In this document: in pieces, positions 26,450 to 39,143 of the stretch
How positions within the stretch are numbered: position 1 is the first letter of the stretch
How the letters are laid out: each line of letters opens with the position of its first letter
Assembly: GCA_951406725.2 (NCBI GenBank)
Contig: OX597821.1
Span: 23,560,001-23,624,000 of the forward strand
Reading direction: 5' to 3'
Length of the DNA: 64,000 nt
From: Octopus vulgaris
Lineage: Eukaryota
Translations under genes and position numbers: made by a program
The notes under the pieces: generated by a model
What the model saw: the letters and a program-made list of their open reading frames with translations, nothing else
Database searches by the model: none
Told to the model about the DNA's origin: nothing

Positions 26450-26975
26450 CTTGTGGTGGTGGTGGTGGTGGTGAGATGGCTGTGCTGCAAGTGGTAGTAG
26501 TAAGAGTACTGGAGATAGCGGAAGTGGTGGTGATGGTGGTGGTGGTGGTGGTGGTAGTGGTGCAAGTGGTAGTAGTAGTAGTAGTAGGAGTATTGGAAAT
26601 AGCAGTGATGATGGTGGAAGTGATGGTGGACGTGATGGTAGTGGGAGAGGTGTTGTTGATGGCGGTGGTGGTGGTAGTTATGGTGGTAGTTGTGGATGGC
26701 ATTAAATTGTTAATGTTGGTGGCGACGGCGGTGGTGGTGATGATGGTGGTGGTGTAGTGATAGGCGGGTGGTGATAGCAGTAGTAGATAGAGGTGAGGGC
26801 AATGATTGTAGGGGTGGCCATGTTGGCAGGTGTGGCCATGTTGGCAGGTGTGGCGGTGATGAAGATAATGACAGTGGGGACGTCCTGATGGTGCCATATT
26901 GCACGGATCCCCCTCAGCAGCAGCGGCACCACCACAACCACCACCACCACCACCACTATCACTATCACCACCATA
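26450..26975. repeat. (GGT/GTA)n low-complexity region
   Basis: Degenerate triplet repeats with an 18-bp duplication gtggccatgttggcaggt. Confidence 0.8.
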
Positions 26976-27607
26976 CACAGTAATCCACAGGGGGAGACGG
27001 GGGGAGACTTTACACTGGACAAGGAAGCCCACCCACCACTATAGTCATGTCCTGCTAAAACTGTGTAATTTCGTTTTGCTGTCTCGTGTGTGTATGTTTG
27101 CGAATGTGTGTATGTGTGCGCGTCTACCTATGTGTATGTGAGTGTGCCCGTGTGTGTGTATATGTATATATGCACACATACATATACATGCACGCACACA
27201 CATACACACAAGCATATGTTCACAAAGGCATTTACAATATATACTAAGATACAGGTGTGCATATTAACTATAGAACTCTGTTATCATTTATATACTATCG
27301 CGATGTATATATTTAAGTTTGTATGTATGTATGTATGTATGTATGTATGTATGTATGTATGCATATCACTATTCAGTTTTATTTCAAGATTTCTTGCCAA
27401 AAGAGAAAGAGCCGTTTTCTAACTAAGATCCAAGGTTACTGTTGCCACAACGCCCGAAATTTTTGAGGAGGGAGGCAGACGATTAGATCGACCGTGGTAG
27501 GCAACTGGTACTTAATTGAGTGGATTTCATAAGCATTATGAGTGACAAAGAGAGGGTACGTTGTCGGAGCCTCATTCGTAGAAACCGACGGGTGAGTCCA
27601 TCATATA

Positions 27608-27650
<43 letters not shown>

Positions 27651-27847
27651 CTACATATCACATTTGTAAACAAGCGCGGAAGGCTTTGTAAGGAGCCGTG
27701 TTAGCATTGATTTGTGGGTTCGATTCTGGCTGGGGTTAGCTAATCATTTTCCAGTCATTTGTTTATATTTATATAAATTATCGTTTCAAATCGGAGAATA
27801 GAATATTATTATGATATATTATTATACAGTTATATATATATATATAT

Positions 27848-27900
<53 letters not shown>

Positions 27901-28235
27901 TACATACATATATAAATACATATGATTTGAATATATGCACCAACATACAAAATTAAATGCGTGTGTTTAGTTAAATATCTAAATATAGTGGAAACAATGT
28001 TATACATGCACTGAAATTTAAGCAAATATCTATATGAGACACCACACTCCGAGATCTCAGAGTCTTAGGTGTTACTTACACAATCATCAGTGGATAAAAA
28101 GGCCTTTTATAATCCTACATATGTAACTTATTCTAGTGAAGTCATGAGTGTTTTGTTCTTCATTAGAAGACGAAACACAAAGAAAACGATCAAATCAAAA
28201 ATTAGATCTAATTTTCTTCTTTTTTCTTTTTTTTT

Positions 28236-28804
28236 TTTACTTGTTTCAGTCATTGGACTGCAGCCATGCTGGAGCACCAGCTTAAAGGGTTTAGTCGAAC
28301 AAACCAACTGCAGTACCTACGTTTTCTAAGGTTGATACTTAGTCTATCGATCTGTTTTTCCCGAACCGCTAAGGTCCCGCCAACTGTCAAGCGATGGTGT
28401 GGACCAAATACAAAGACACTCAAGCACGCGACGGTTTTCCTTCATTCAGTTTCTGTTTAAAAAATCTTCTCACGTGCCATTAGCTGGCCCAGGGCTATAG
28501 TACAAGGCACCTGCCCAAAGTGAGACTGAACCTGGAATCATGTATTGTAAGCAAACTCCATATCGCACAGGCACGCCTGGGCCTATATATATTATTTTAT
28601 ATTTTATACTTTTACATGTTTCTGTCATTTGACTGCGGCCATACTGGAGCATCGCCTTTAGTCCAATAAATCTACTCCAGGACTTACTTTTTATAAGCTT
28701 AGTACTTATTCTATCGGTCTCTTTTATCAAACCGCTTAGTTACGAGGACGTAAACACATCAGTATCGGTGGTCAAGCAATGTTGGAGGGACAAACACAGA
28801 CACA

Positions 28805-28810
<6 letters not shown>
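28236..28810 (-). mobile_element. Two adjacent diverged SINE family B copies
   Basis: Tails at about 28236 and 28606 (ttacttgtttcagtcatt / tttctgtcatttgactgcggcc). Confidence 0.7.
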
Positions 28811-28876
<66 letters not shown>

Positions 28877-29064
28877 AATTATCCGTGTGGGACTCTAGAC
28901 TCTGCGGTCTAAAAGTTTCATGTATTACAAAACAATCATCAGTAAGGAAGAAAACACATCTAATTCGTAGTATTGTGGTACTATGCCACTTTTTCTGTGT
29001 CTCACACATACATTTATAGATACGTACGTACATAACTATCTATCTATCTATCTATCTATGTATG

Positions 29065-29116
<52 letters not shown>

Positions 29117-29130
29117 AGTCTATCTATCTG

Positions 29131-29216
<86 letters not shown>

Positions 29217-29217
29217 A

Positions 29218-31621
29218 ACAGGGATGCAGTTTACGCGAACCCGAAAGGATGTGTGAGACCTTTCAACAACACTTTGCTCGACTGTTTGGTGCGAGTGGTG
29301 GGTCGGAACGCGGGATGGATTTCAGTACCTACCTGACCGACCTGCCGCGGCTCTCGGTAAGAGAAGCGGAGTGTTGTGAAAGTCCCATCACGGCCGCTGA
29401 CGTGCGGGATGCGATGGCGAGCTGCGCGAGGGATAAGTCGCCTGTATTGGATGGCTTACCCTACGAGCTGTATAGTCAAATGCCAGACTTGTTTGGCGAC
29501 CTCTTGGCATCAGTCTACTGCAACTGGCAACAAAACGGGAAAATCCCCGGTTTCGTGAGCCGAGGTGCAGTGACGTTGCTGAAGAAAGACCCAAACAAGG
29601 GGAATTTTATAGATAATTTCAGGCCCATCACTCTGCTTAACGCAGATTTGAAAATTTTGACCGAAGTAATAGCCGAGAGGTTGGCGCTTGTCATTGGCAA
29701 ACTGGTCGACAGGGCGCAAACATGCGCCGTGCCGGGCAGAACCATACATGACAACCTCCATCTGATGCGCTACATTGTGGACAGGGTAGTTAAGGATCCT
29801 GGCATGAGTGGGGCGCTGATCAATTTGGATCAGTCTAAAGCCTTCGATAGGGTAGACCATCGGTACTTGGCGGCCGTCCTCAGGGCGGCTGGCTTCGGTC
29901 CCGTCTTCCGCGGTTGGATCGCTGCCTTGTATAGCGGCATCCGATCGGTGATTCGGGTGAACGGTCACCTGTTGAAACCGTTTGACATCACGCGTTCGGT
30001 CAGTCAGGGGTGTCCTCTGTCGGCGCTTCTGTATGTATTGACTCTCGAGCCGCTACTGCGGAAGCTGGCGACACTGAGGGGCATCCCACGGGAACTGGGT
30101 TGCGGGACGAGCGTGTCAGCATATGCGGACGATGTCACCGTCATAGTGTCGAGCGAAAAACATCCAGATGATAGGCGAGACACTAAGAAAATACGAAACG
30201 GTGACGGGAGCGAAGATTAACCCGGAAAAGTCAGTGGGTTTGCTACTCGGCACCTGGAGAAGCAAGCCCATGCCGTCCGACTGCGGCTCAGTAGTGGGAC
30301 GCTGGACGGACGGACCGGTTAAATTGCTCGGGGTCTGGTTCAGTTCGGGCCTCCAAATGGATAAGAACTGGGACGAGATCACGAGTAGAGTGGTCGCTCT
30401 CAGCCAAACATGGGCCGAGAGAAAGCTGTCTCTTAAAGGTCGGGCGGAGGTGGCGAACGCGTACATCGCATCCGTCATCGATTACCGCCTGACCGTCGTA
30501 CCTTGTCCCGACGCCACCATCACCAAACTGGAACGCATACTCTTCCGCTTCCTGTGGAAGGGTGGCGTTCCAATGGTGAGGAGGTTCATTTGCTGTCAAT
30601 ATCCGTTGAATGGAGGACTAGGCACGCCGTGGTTGATGATGCGCAGGCATGCGCTGAGACTGTGACATCTCTGGAACTTTATCGATGACGGTGAACAGGT
30701 GTGGGTGCCGTTTGTGAGGCGCACCTTCCCTCAGCTCGTCTCACTGACCGAACTGCAAACGTGGATCAGGAAGAGACCGAAATTGGGCGATTAGCATCGA
30801 GAGTGTCGCCAAGCTCTACAGCAGCTCTGCCGACCGGGGTCAAACTTGTGCAACTTACAAACGACTAAAGCGTTCTATAGAGGACTAGTGAAGGGGAGGT
30901 CCGACGACACACTCGGAGCAAACCTGGGCGTCGACGAGAAATTCCTAACCCGCCTGTTCAGGACGAAGTTCGGCCCGGGGCCTATGGATAACTTCCAGAA
31001 ATCCCTGGCTTGGCAATCCTATCGAGATGCACTACCTGTTCGAGAGAAGAGCTACAGGCACGGTTCGAAAACCATCAGCGGACCGACCTGCCCGAGATGC
31101 GGTCAGAGCGACGAAACCGTTCTGCACGCACTCGTGCAGTGTCCAAATATTTCAGAGCTGTGGACCTTCGTCGAACAGCTGTTGTCGCGTGTAGGTCGGG
31201 CCCGCTTATCGGCCGAGTCTATCGTGAATATTGTTCCACCACCTCCCTTTAAACGGGAAGGGAAAACGGTTTTCGTTACGCTGATGGCTATGGCGAAAGA
31301 ATGTGTGTGGTGGACGTGTTTGAAAGGACTGCAAACAAACACCTTCCTCTCTGGTCAGTCTCTCAACTTTTTCAAGTACCACTTGAAAAGGAGGATGAGA
31401 ATAGAGAGGAAGGCTTTGTCGAACGAATGTTTTAATAAAAAGTGGGTAAAAGTGGCAAAAATGGTCAGTATAAAAGACGACACTATTTTAAGCGTAAATC
31501 TGTGACCAAAAAAGACAACAAGAGGTAAGGTGACTTACTCATGTGTTCATTTTCGGACTGTCTGAGGTGACCTTGGTCTTTTTTGTAGGTTTTTCTTTCC
31601 AGGGCTACACCTAAACTGTGA

Positions 31622-31678
<57 letters not shown>

Positions 31679-31823
31679 TTTATACACCACACAACCCACA
31701 GATCCCTACTGATCGAACTTTTTTTTGGTACCCCACCCATCCTACCTCGAAAAGAAAAAAACTCTACATTGTATTTCGTCCATTTTTATTCTGTGTTTAG
31801 CCCTGTGTGGCCACAATAAAAAG

Positions 31824-31824
<1 letters not shown>
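29218..31824 (+). mobile_element. 5'-truncated L1/Tx1-clade LINE (ORF2 RT + zf-RVT), inactivated
   Basis: Motifs [57 protein letters not shown] and C-terminal CPRCGQSDETVLHALVQC. Frameshift near 30165 and stops near 30663 and 30791. AATAAA at 31815. (TATC)n on both sides. Confidence 0.92.
29249..31505 (+). pseudogene. Disrupted LINE ORF2 (reverse transcriptase)
   Basis: Three ORF-track segments (29249-30220, 30168-30665, 30846-31505) join into one RT-thumb-zinc knuckle protein. Confidence 0.88.
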
Positions 31825-31907
<83 letters not shown>

Positions 31908-31971
31908 TGTATGTATCCTAAATACAACAATATCTGTTTCAACACACGATTTCACATCGAAAATCTTGCAA

Positions 31972-32032
<61 letters not shown>

Positions 32033-32136
32033 CATGTTGAACTGTTCAGCCATACACATTTTTTTCTCTCTTCGTTTTTCCCTTTCTTTTCTTCGCTTTC
32101 TTTTCTTCGCTTTCTTTCCGTTTTTTTCCTCTCAAC

Positions 32137-32174
32137 CCTTTCTGCCGAAGACCGTAGGCTCGAAACGTCAAAGG
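32137..32174 (+). ncRNA. Minimal hammerhead-like motif (A6C, extra A)
   Basis: ccttt CTGCCGA a gacc-gtag-gctc GAAA CG TC aaagg: perfect 5-bp helix I, palindromic ACGT helix III, one mismatch in helix II. Confidence 0.5.
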
Positions 32175-32431
32175 CTGGTTTATTTTGATATGAGATCACT
32201 GTGTCATGCACACATCGTTGTGATGCATATGTCTGATGTGCCCTTACCAAACGGGTAGTCATGATGCGTATATTGAGATTCGAATATTTGTACCCCAGTG
32301 TCACCTTGATGGCATGCACTGCTCTGTCACTCAGTTAATACGTATATTACATGCATAGAATCATGCATACATGGTGATCGTCATCTTGTACGAGAGTACG
32401 ATCATAACAGACACATTATATTATCCTAGAT

Positions 32432-32714
32432 CAGTGATTCCGAGCGTGCGGCATACGCCTGACCGGTGGGACCTGAAAAAAATTGTGGTGGGACGTGGCA
32501 CCGAGTTGCCAGACAAAAGGTTCTCATTAAAGTAGTCCACTTTTTAATTAGTTAATAATGTTCCTTTCTATTTGTACTCAGTACTTACTAACACAGTTAC
32601 CAGTAAATTCTTTTGTATTAAATAATTGTGATAAAATATTAATAATAAATTTTGCTGTGTCTCGGGAGAGTTACAGTTCCTTAATATAACCCACTCACCG
32701 GTTCAATTTCAACT

Positions 32715-32749
<35 letters not shown>

Positions 32750-32791
32750 TCTATTTATTTAATTATTTACTTACTTACTTACTTACTTACG

Positions 32792-32831
<40 letters not shown>

Positions 32832-33136
32832 CGAGAAAGCTTTTTCGTTGCTGCATTTGCGACTGTATCAATGGATTTTGACTCTGACTGTCCGTTATTG
32901 AAGCTGCGTTCTTTTTTTCTTACTTTTTTTTTGTGAGATTTTGATGCGACTATGACTCTCCCCAGACACAACAAAATTTGTTTCAACACACGAATTCACA
33001 TAAGGAATCTTGCAAACTAGATACAACAACGAAGTTAAAACTAAAATTGTTGTTTTTTTCCCAACTACCGATGGGGCTTATATTTTTCTGGTAAGTTATA
33101 GTGGCGCTTGTGGGGGAAATCGGTTGGGAAACACTG
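32432..33136. mobile_element. hAT non-autonomous element with perfect 8-bp TSD
   Basis: TIR cagtgattcc / gggaaacactg; TSD tcctagat at 32424-32431 and 33137-33144. Related internal sequence at 31925-31975 and 43765-43870. Confidence 0.85.
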
Positions 33137-33608
33137 TCCTAGATGTTAAAGACAATGGCTGGTAGCAATGCCTGTGAGAAAATTTAAACCCAATAACAGC
33201 TTGCACAACACCGCTAAGACACTAACTTACAAAGCCAAGGAGTTCAGAAACACTGAAGGGCAAAATCTCCAGCTTCTCAATGAAGCGGTTGCTATTTCGG
33301 AATTTCCTCCAAGAAAGATATCTAAACGAAGACTAGGGGGTCTCTCATTCTCAGCTCTTGAATGGCCGTTGACTGAGTTCACCCGTCCATTGACAGGTTT
33401 TGCTTTTCATCCTGCAGAGTGTCCAACGAAACCCACTTTCCTTATCAAGAAGGCTTGACAAGTTTGTTGTTTTAGGTACCGACGGCCCGACCATGCAGCA
33501 GGTTGCACTGGGTTACATATTACCAGTAACATCAAAAGTGGCTTGACACAACATGACACGTCTCGTCATCCATCCATCCATCCATCCATCCATCCATACG
33601 TACATACA

Positions 33609-33639
<31 letters not shown>

Positions 33640-34048
33640 TCCAATGAAGGAACTTTGAAATTAGGTTAGAAAGCAACACTTTCTTTATTGGCAAGGAAAC
33701 TTGAAATAAAACTAGATAATGACATACATACATACAAAACTTAATTCAAAACTTTTAAACCTTCAAATTCATTTTATATATCATATTTATATTTTTAATA
33801 TTTATTTATTTATTTATATATATTTTTAATACATAAAGTCTTTCATATGGGTATATCTTTGTGAAAAATTCGATATTGATTTCCTTATATTAATAATAAT
33901 AATAATATATTATAAAAAAATATATGTATATATCGCCCATATTAAATATATAAATACTTTAATAATATCAATATTATTTTATAAAATGGAGCACTTAATA
34001 TAAATTCAGTATATAATATTCTTATTGAATATATTTACCTAATGATTT

Positions 34049-34083
<35 letters not shown>

Positions 34084-34153
34084 TGTGTGTGTACGTACAT
34101 ATATATACGCACACACACACACATATATATACATACATACATACATACATACA

Positions 34154-34268
<115 letters not shown>

Positions 34269-34670
34269 TACTAATATAGGATGAAGTTTTTTTACAGAAA
34301 AAAATTTCATCAAAAGAGTGGCAGCATATTAAAATACATTTAAAGGATTTTATATTTAGATATATCTGGTACTTATGTGTACACATGACTTTTGCTTCGG
34401 CTTTTTTTCCATGGGCGCATGTATCTATTTCATTTATTTCTGTTCGTATTTTCTACTGAAGAGGAAAAAAATCTATGAGATTAATTCAAAAATTGATTCA
34501 ATAAAGAAATAATGTACTTTTAAAAAAAATTCTGTTGGCTAGATTTCCTCGATTTTAGCACAATGTATTTCTGTAGTGGGTATATAATAATATGTGGAAA
34601 TTGACGATTTAAAAGTCAGTTATCAGCATATTGGCATAGAAATAATTTTCTTTTGCCCTTGTTTATAAGT

Positions 34671-34722
<52 letters not shown>

Positions 34723-34726
<4 letters not shown>

Positions 34727-35176
34727 TAATAAAATATTAGGGAATAAATCCAAACTTACAGGGAAAAATCAGATTTAGGATTAAATCCAATTTTATAGTA
34801 AAATATTATATTATATTAAATTAGAGATAAAACCACTATTAGGCAAATCAAACAATGAAAAACATAAGCCAATACATAAAATTAATTAATATATATTATT
34901 TTAAATATATATCAAAAGTATTAAAAGTTTAATAAAAGATAAAGAGTAAAACACTACGATCGTTTTATGGCTGTACAATTCGTAATAATTCGAGTTATGG
35001 TTACAATCAATCTTCAGGTAATTGAAATATTTATCTTAGCGAGGTTTATCTTTTATTAAACTTTTAATACTTTTGATATATATTTAAAATAATATATATT
35101 AATTAATTTTATGTATTGGCTTATGTTTTTCATTGTTTGATTTGCCTAATAGTGGTTTTATCTCTAATTTAATATA
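34723..35176. mobile_element. AT-rich fold-back element in (TA)n with decayed hammerhead in the spacer
   Basis: 132-bp inverted arms 34812-34943 and 35045-35176. Spacer minus strand reads CTGAAGA...tacagcca taaa ACGATCGT A. Confidence 0.65.
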
Positions 35177-36085
35177 TATATATATATATTTCAGAGCCCA
35201 GAATCGTTTCCTAATCTAAGCTGTTCTTCTAATTGCATATCAACTGTTAATTTCTATGAGTGAGGAAGTTAGATAGCCTGTTAATCACGTTGTCAGTAGG
35301 ATACAAGAGAATGTTTGGGAAAAATTACAGCCATTTTATTGGCACGGCTATCAGTCAGCTGGTTACATACGGATGGCAGCAGTAACATCCGAATGAGGTA
35401 ATTATAACCTATGTATGTGTAAATCAAATTACAATAGAAATCAATGGAAACATGTCATTCCGCTATCCATATAAAACCAGTCGACTGGTAGGCATATCTA
35501 TAAGTCAGAAGCAAACTCATTTCTCAACCTTTCTGTTATATCCCCTGATGATGTGATATCGAATTTATGTTGTATGACTTCACTTGGGAGAAACAGAGTT
35601 TCTGTCGAGTGTTGAATATAATAATATGTTAGCAGTTGATATATAATGAAAAAAAAAAGGAGTGAGGACTGAAAAAAGGATTGATGGACCGAAACAATCG
35701 GTACATTCTCTAGAATTAATCTATTTTATTGAGATCTTTACTAAATTTCAATACTCACTTCTAGTTTTTGTTTTAATTTTTATTGTAAAATTCTGTTCAT
35801 ATATTGTTATATGTGTTTATATTTATATGTTTGTGTATGTGTAAAGCTGCGAGAACACACATGTGTTATTGTCGCGTAGACCCAAGTCAGTGTTGATCTA
35901 GCAAACACACGTTACGTATCTTACCGTCAGACAACTAGGTCTGTTGCTTTTTCGTATCCCATTCCTCTGACTCGCAGATAATCATATTTGACGACCTGCC
36001 GTTAACGCTCTACTGTAGTAGTTCGCCCAAGCCGCTTCTCGCCTTTACACTCATCTATTTTATATGTATGTAGATTTTGTTGCGT

Positions 36086-36466
36086 GGAGGCGCAATGGCC
36101 CAGTGGTTAGGGCAGCGGACTCGCGGTCATAGGATCGCGGTTTCGATTCCCAGACCGGGCGTTGTGAGTGTTTATTGAGCGAAAACACCTAAAAGCTCCA
36201 CGAGGCTCCGGCAGGGGATTGTGGTGATCCCTGCTGTACTCTTTCACCACAACTTTCTCTCACTCTTACTTCCTGTTTCTGTTGTACCTGTATTTCAAGG
36301 GGCCGGCCTTGTCACTCTCTGTGTCACGCTGAATATCCCCGAGAACTACGTTAAGGGTGCATGTGTCTGTGGAGTGCTCAGCCACTTACACGTTAATTTC
36401 ACGAGCAGGCTGTTCCGTAGATTCGGATCAACCGGAACCCTCATCGTCGTAACTGACGGAGTGCTT
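36086..36466 (+). mobile_element. tRNA-derived SINE, family C, full-length
   Basis: tggcccagtggttag (A box), gtttcgattccc (B box); 3' body shared with 16940 and 37195. Confidence 0.85.
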
Positions 36467-36689
36467 TCATATATATATAGATTTTGTTGGTGGCCATTAC
36501 AGAATTAGGATTTGGTCAGACTGCACCAGCTGTTACTCAGGACTTATCTCTAGTGGTATACTTTTTTCACTGGGTTTATAGTTAATGGCGCTGAAAATCG
36601 TGTTATTTCTATATATATGTTTTTTTTTTCTTTATCTGCGTTGTATGGCTTATATAATGTTGTTAGGGACGAAGTGTGGTAGAGTTCTG

Positions 36690-36920
36690 TTTAATTATAG
36701 ATTTATTGGGGTTTAGTAGGAGAGATGGCGTTGTTAGGGCTGTATATTAGCAGTGTTCTGATGCGTTGCAAATATATCTGGACTGAGTGGGAGAGACGGC
36801 GTTGTTAAGATGGTGTTGTAATCGTGTTCTGGGTTGTTATAAATGTGTGTGGATTGAGTAAGAGAGACAGTATGAATGCTGTTATAGTAGTCTTCTTGGC
36901 TGTTATAAATGTGTCTGGTG
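36690..36920. repeat. Degenerate ~70-bp tandem repeat (about 3 copies)
   Basis: Recurrent gagt(a/g)(a/g)gagaga..gttgtta..gttct..gttataaat units. Confidence 0.5.
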
Positions 36921-36964
36921 TGTGTGTATGTATGATAAATAGATAGATAGACAGACAGACAGAC

Positions 36965-37146
<182 letters not shown>

Positions 37147-37194
37147 GATAGATACAGAAATAGATGGTGTTATAGTTATGTTCTAATATTCCAG

Positions 37195-37478
37195 TTGGGT
37201 TCCAGTTGATCCGATCAACGGAACAGCCTGCACGTGAAATTAACGTGCAAGTGGCTGAGCACTCCACAGACACATATACCTTTTACGTAGTTCTCAGGGT
37301 GATTCAGCGTGACACAGTGCGTGACATTGAAATACAGGTGCTACTCATTTTTGCCGGCTGAGTAGACTGGAGCAACGTGAAATAAAGTGTCTTGTTCAAG
37401 GACCCAACGCGTCGCCAGGAATCGAACTTACAACCTTGTGATCGAGAGCCGAATATTCTAACCACTAAACCACGCGGT
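37195..37478 (-). mobile_element. SINE family C-related copy
   Basis: Reverse strand has a tRNA head (gtggtttagtggttag...gttcgattcc) and the family C 3' body. Confidence 0.75.
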
Positions 37479-38678
37479 TTCACATGTTTTGATATGTTGC
37501 AGATGTATCCATATTGTATGGAAGAGATACTTTTAAGATGGTAATCCAGTAGTATTTTGGGGCTGTTGTTGATGTAACTACAATCGAATATATAAAATAC
37601 CTGTTGCTAGAGTAGTGACCTGGAAGTGTTCTTGATGAGTGGATGGAGGTTTTTTTTTTTTCGTGAGGCATTCAGACGATTGTACATCTAAGTAGCAAGG
37701 AGAACTACCTGAAGCAAGTGTTTCAATTAGCTGTAGCAACGGCGGTGCCCCAGCATGGCCACAGCTCAAGAGCTGAAACTGGAAAACATAAACATAAACT
37801 GTTACACTCGCGTGTCTAGATGGCCTTTAATTTTTACTGTTTTTGTTTTGATGTGTAGTTTCCACAAGGGCGTGATCGGTGACGCGAAGGTTTTGGTATT
37901 GTATTATTTGTAGCATGTTTTGATTTATTTTAGGAAATCGGGGCGCCAGACAAAGTTGGGTTGGTATATTCCATTTATAAACTTACTGTAATATCTTATC
38001 TTTTACCTGTTTCATTTATTGAAGTGCGACCATGCTGGGGCACTGCCTTGAAAGCCTTAGTCGAACAAATTGATCTCTGTTCTTATTTTTTAAATACTTA
38101 TTCCATCGCTAAGTTATGGGGACGTAAACAAACCAGCACCAGTTGTCTAGCAGAAATGAGGTAAAATATAAACACAAAAACACATAGATATGTACAGCCC
38201 CACCACACACTCTTTCAGTCTCTGTCTGCCAAATCCATTGTAGAACTGGGATGTCGTGAGTTTGTCGCTAGATCCACAGTGTCTTTCTTACCTCACACTA
38301 AACTGGACGTAGAAAGGGGATGAAAGGTGTGATTCACAAACTGGAAGAAAAAAGAGAAGATATTTCATCGTGGATTTAGTTGATATATATATATATATAT
38401 GAAATGGACACAAGAGTTGATAGCAGGAAAAGAATCTTCAGTAACTTAGTTAAACAAAATAGTTGCTGCTGTTCGGAATGGTTATAGCTACACATGGTTA
38501 TAGTATTGTAGCTCCATATTTGACGGTGAGGGAGGGAAAGCGTACATCAGATTGGGTCTAAAAGAACCTAACAGCATCTATACTGCTCAAGAGAAGTACT
38601 GTCGGCAGGTGCCGAAACCATTGTGATCTCCAGTTGAGAGTCGATGAAGGGTATTATCTGAAGTGCAAGATGTATGTG

Positions 38679-38719
<41 letters not shown>

Positions 38720-38847
38720 TGCGTGTGTGTGCGCGTGGTTGTGTGCGCGTGTGCCAATGTATTTAAGCGTATCTATCTCTTACACACACACACACACACC
38801 TATAATACGAGCGAGTGGACAAACGAAAGAAGGGCACTCAGTACAAG

Positions 38848-38987
38848 TATGGATCAAAACAGTTTGATTCAAACTCGTGTTTCAAAGCATGATGCCAATC
38901 CTCAGCCATTGGAAATGGCTGAGGATTAGCATCACACTTTGAAACTCTGAGTACCAACGAATTTGAATCAAACTGTTTTGATCCATA
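38848..38987. mobile_element. Palindromic MITE (TA-flanked)
   Basis: tatggatcaaaacagtttgattcaaa...aatcctcagccatt-gga-aatggctgaggatt...tttgaatcaaactgttttgatccata forms an almost complete hairpin. Confidence 0.75.
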
Positions 38988-39097
38988 TGTATATATATAT
39001 ATATATATATGTATAAGGGTGAAAAGGAACACACGAGTTGATATATATGAAAAAACAAGTCAAAAATAGAAAATGCTAAAATAATTTTATAGTGAAC

Positions 39098-39143
39098 ATT
39101 TCAGTACCGGTTTCGGTCATTTTGAGACCTTTTCAACTGTAAC
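39098..39143 (-). ncRNA. PLE hammerhead ribozyme motif (U3-A8 variant), inverted copy
   Basis: Exact reverse complement of 42302-42347. Confidence 0.7.

Noticed and set aside
26388-27032. 214-aa minus-strand Thr/His-rich ORF
   Set aside because: Low-complexity (ACC)n derivative; open in multiple frames.
35330-35620. Possible hAT transposase remnant
   Set aside because: Only faint motif resemblance; cannot be supported without a profile search.
35660-35712. ctgaaaa..gg..cc gaaac aatcg gta hammerhead-like string
   Set aside because: C3-A8 mismatch, 2-bp helix II and displaced helix I; at best a dead remnant.
36086-36165. tRNA gene-like sequence (also at 19095, 37400, 42680, 62095)
   Set aside because: A/B boxes are present but there is no complete cloverleaf, and each continues into a SINE body.
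38600-38630. cggca-gg-tgccgaaaccattgt, resembling an HHR 3' half
   Set aside because: No CUGANGA-like box at the right position.
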